Part shown: positions 61,168 to 64,000 of the stretch, in pieces
Layout of the letters: each line of letters begins with the position of its first letter
Position numbering within the stretch: the first letter of the stretch is position 1
Source: an uncultured Actinomycetes bacterium
GTDB taxonomy: Bacteria > Actinomycetota > Thermoleophilia > Solirubrobacterales > Thermoleophilaceae
Direction of reading: 5' to 3'
Assembly (NCBI GenBank): GCA_963724205.1
Contig: CAVRTK010000004.1
Coordinates: forward strand, 303,830 to 367,829
DNA length: 64,000 bases
The notes under the pieces: generated by a model
The model's database searches: none
What the model was told of the DNA's origin: nothing
The model's input: the letters and a program-made list of their open reading frames with translations, nothing else
Program-made: the position numbers and the translations under genes

Positions 61168-64000
61168 ATGGTTCGCGTCCGGCTCCTGGGAAGCCTCGCG
61201 ATCGAGGTCGACGGCCGGGCGGTGGAGCCGCCGGCCAGCCGCCGCGCGCAGGCGCTGCTGGGCTGGCTCGCGCTGAATCCCGGCATGCACGCGCGCGGGC
61301 AGGTGGCCGGCCGCTTCTGGCCGGACGTGCTCGAGACGAGCGCCCGCCAGAGCCTGCGCAGCGCCGCCTGGTCGCTCCGGCGCGCGCTCGGCCCGGACGG
61401 CGAGGGCGCGCTGCGCGCGCTGCGGGCGGAGATCGGCCTCGACGGGGTCGCCACCGACCTGGCCGAGTGGCAGGAGCACGTCGCGGCCGGCCGGCTCGAG
61501 GAGGCGCTGGCGCTCGAGCGCGGCGAGCTGCTCGCCGGGCTCGACGACGACTGGGTCCACGACGCGCGCGAGGAGCACCGGGGGCGGCTCGGACACGTGT
61601 TGGCCCGTCTGGGCGACGAGGCCGAGGCGGCCGGCGACCTGGAACGCGCGGTCGAATGGACGCGGCGCTGGGTCGCGCTGGACGGGGTGGCCGAGGCCCC
61701 GGCGCGTTCGCTGATGCGGCGGCTCGCCGCGGCGGGCGACCGCTCGGCTGCCCTGGCCGTGTACTCCCGCCTGCGTGAGCGCATGCGCCTGGAGCTGGGC
61801 GTGTCGCCCTCCGCCGAGACCCGCGGCCTGGCCGACGAGCTTCGCGAGGCCGGCGCGGAGGCGGCCACGGCCGGGGCGCCGGAGAGGTCCGCCGACGCCG
61901 ACCCCTGGTGGGCCGCACGGAGGAGCTGCGCAGGCTGGAGGCGCTCCGCCGCGGCGGGCGCGGCGGAGTCGTCGTGCTGAGCGGCGAGGGCGGGATCGGC
62001 AAGACGCGGCTGGCCACCGAGCTGCTGCGCCGCGCCGGCGCGGCCGGCGCCCGGACGTCCGTCTGCGCGGCGCTCGACATCGGCGGAGCCGCTCCGTTCT
62101 CCCTGTGGGCGGAGATGCTGCGCGAGCTCGTGCGCGACCTCCCCGCTCCGCCTTCCGGCGCAGCCTGGCCCGGCGACCTCGCGCGCCTGGTGCCGGAGCT
62201 CGGCGCTCCCGCAGCCCCCGTACCGCCCGAGCTCGAGCGCGCGCGCCTGTTCGAGGCGACCGTGCAGCTCTTCGAGTGGGCGAGCAGCGGCCGGTCGCTG
62301 CTCGTGCTGGTCGACGACCTCCACCTGGCCGACCAGGCGAGCATCGAGCTGCTGGCCTACGTCGGGCGGCGCACGCCCGGCATGGACGCGGTGATCGTCG
62401 CCACCCGGCGCGACGTCCCGCGCCGCGCCGAGGTGGACGCCGCGATCGACGCGCTGGCCCGCCGGGGCGCGCTGCTCGACGACCTTCGCGTCGACCCTCT
62501 TACAGCCGAGCACGTCGAGGAGCTCGTGCGCACGGTCGCGGAGCTGGACGACACGGAGGTGGCGCGCGTCGCCGCCGTGGCCGAGGGCAACCCGCTGCTG
62601 GCAGTGGAGAGCGCGCGGGCGGCGGAGAGCGGCGAGCACGGGCCGCCGGCGACGCTGCGGGCGAGCGTGCGCGCACAGCTCGCGACCCTGGACGACGACG
62701 CTCGCGACTTGGCGGAGCTGCTGGCAGTCGCCGGGCGGGAGCTCAACCGCCGTGAATGCTCCGCGGCCTGCGACGGCGACGCCGAGCCGGCCGAAGCGGC
62801 GACCGCGGCGGCGGAGTGCGGGCTGCTGAGCGCCGCGGAGGGACGGATCGGCTACCGCCACGGGCTGCTCCGCGAGGCGGTCTACGAGCAGCTGCCCGAC
62901 CCGCGGCGGGCCTGGCTGCACGAGCGTCTGGCCGACGGCCTGGAGGCGTCGGCCGCGCCGGGCGCCGGGCTCCGCGACGCCGAGGTGGCCCGCCATCTGC
63001 TCCTGGCCGGGAACGGCCCACGCGCCGTCGAGCATCTGCGCCGCGCGGCCACCCACGCGCGCGGGCTCGCCTGTCTGCCCGAGGCAGCCGAATACCTGCG
63101 GCAGGCCGTCGAGATCGCCCCCGACGACGCCGATTCCTGGCTCGAGCTGGCCGAGATCGAGGCGTGGGGCGAGCGGAGCGAGGCGTCCGAGGAGGCGTTC
63201 GGGCGCGCGCTTGCGCTGCTCGATCCCGGGCCGGCCGAGCCGCGCGTCGACGCCTGGCTGCGGCGGGCGCGCTGGTTCCGCGGTCCCACCTGCTCCCCGA
63301 CGAGCTCGCTCGCGTCGTACCAGCGGGCGCTCGAGCTGATGGACGCCGCCGGGCTGGACGCGCCGCGCGAGCGAGCCGAGGCGCTCGCCGGCTCCGCGTG
63401 GTGCCACGCGGCGGGCGGCGACCCGGGGCTGGTCGACTCGTTGCTCGTGCGCGTGCACGAACTGGTCGGCGACGAGCGCGAGGACGACATGCTCGTCCAC
63501 GACATCGGCGCGGCCCGGCAGTTCGCGCTGATGCGGAGCGGGCGCTTCGAGGACTCGTACGCGCCCGGCATCGCCGCCGGCGAGGCCGCGCAGCGCGCCG
63601 GCAGGATGGACATGGCCTACGGGGCGTGGGGCAACATCGCCGTCGCGGCAGCCGCGGGCGGCGAGCTCGACCGCGCTCTGGAGTTCGCCGACCGGTCGCT
63701 GCACTCGGTGCACGGGACCTGCACGCCGATCGAGTGCGGGGTCCTCTCCGCCCGCTGCCAGATCCTGGCCCGCTCGGGCCGCCTGGACGAGGCGCACACG
63801 ACCGCCGAGTCCGAGCTGGCCCTGGCCGACCAGCTCGACCGGCCCGACCTGGTCGGCGCGGCCCACTACGACCTGGGGCTGGTGGCGCTCGCCGCGAAGC
63901 GCTGGGACGAAGCGGCCGGGCTGATCGCTTCCGCGCTCGCGGGCGGCGGCCGGTTCAGCCGCCCGCTGGCCCGCCTGGCGCGCGCGGAGGCGCTGGCGCG
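61168..64000 (+). CDS. AfsR/SARP-family transcriptional regulator (winged-helix plus BTAD, NB-ARC ATPase, TPR), 3'-truncated by the window end; frameshift about 61915
   Basis: MVRVRLLGSLAIEVDGRAVE...RRAQALLGWLALNPG (SARP winged helix); BTAD (RFWPD...SLRSAAWSLRRAL); Walker A VLSGEGGIGKTRLA; LVLVDDLHLAD (Walker B); Ala/Leu-rich TPR-like tail. Confidence 0.8.

Overview
This is a roughly 64 kb chromosomal segment, very GC-rich (well above 65% by eye), from a high-GC Gram-positive-like bacterium; the gene content looks like Actinomycetota. It is densely coding on both strands. Recognisable genes, in window order: an amidohydrolase; an FAD-dependent oxidoreductase; a frameshifted polA; a malic enzyme with an N-terminal ACT domain; a YfcH-like epimerase; a complete branched-chain amino-acid ABC transporter operon (livFGMH plus two paralogous substrate-binding lipoproteins); pfkA; trpF–trpB–trpA; an HtrA-like protease; a MoxR–DUF58–transglutaminase (TgpA-like) operon; an SNF2-family helicase; a hemerythrin-like protein; an SPFH (band-7) protein next to a transposase-derived zinc-ribbon remnant; a quinol-type nitric-oxide reductase (qNOR); trpC–trpD–trpG–trpE; an ~8.7 kb glycan tailoring and export cluster (four methyltransferases of CmcI, TylF and class I types; GT8, GT4 and GT2 glycosyltransferases; a Wzx-like flippase; an EamA transporter; a VOC protein); hisIE; an amidase; several small VOC, ABM and hypothetical proteins; the era–ybeY–phoH–yqeY ribosome-maturation cluster; a Fur-family regulator divergent from a VIT-family Fe/Mn transporter; a HAD hydrolase; a divergent pair of secreted proteins (a right-handed beta-helix/Ig-like protein and a metzincin-like protease with thrombospondin type-3 repeats); a SnoaL-like protein; and the 5' part of an AfsR/SARP-family regulator. 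About half of the conserved genes need one or more ±1 frameshifts to be read end to end, which looks like indel error in the assembly rather than pseudogenisation. All coordinates of frameshifted genes are approximate. I found no rRNA, tRNA or CRISPR array. The most interesting regions are the methyltransferase-rich glycan cluster inserted between hisIE and trpE, the qNOR/hemerythrin/SPFH/transposase-remnant block inserted between trpC and trpF, and the divergent secreted beta-helix/metalloprotease pair.
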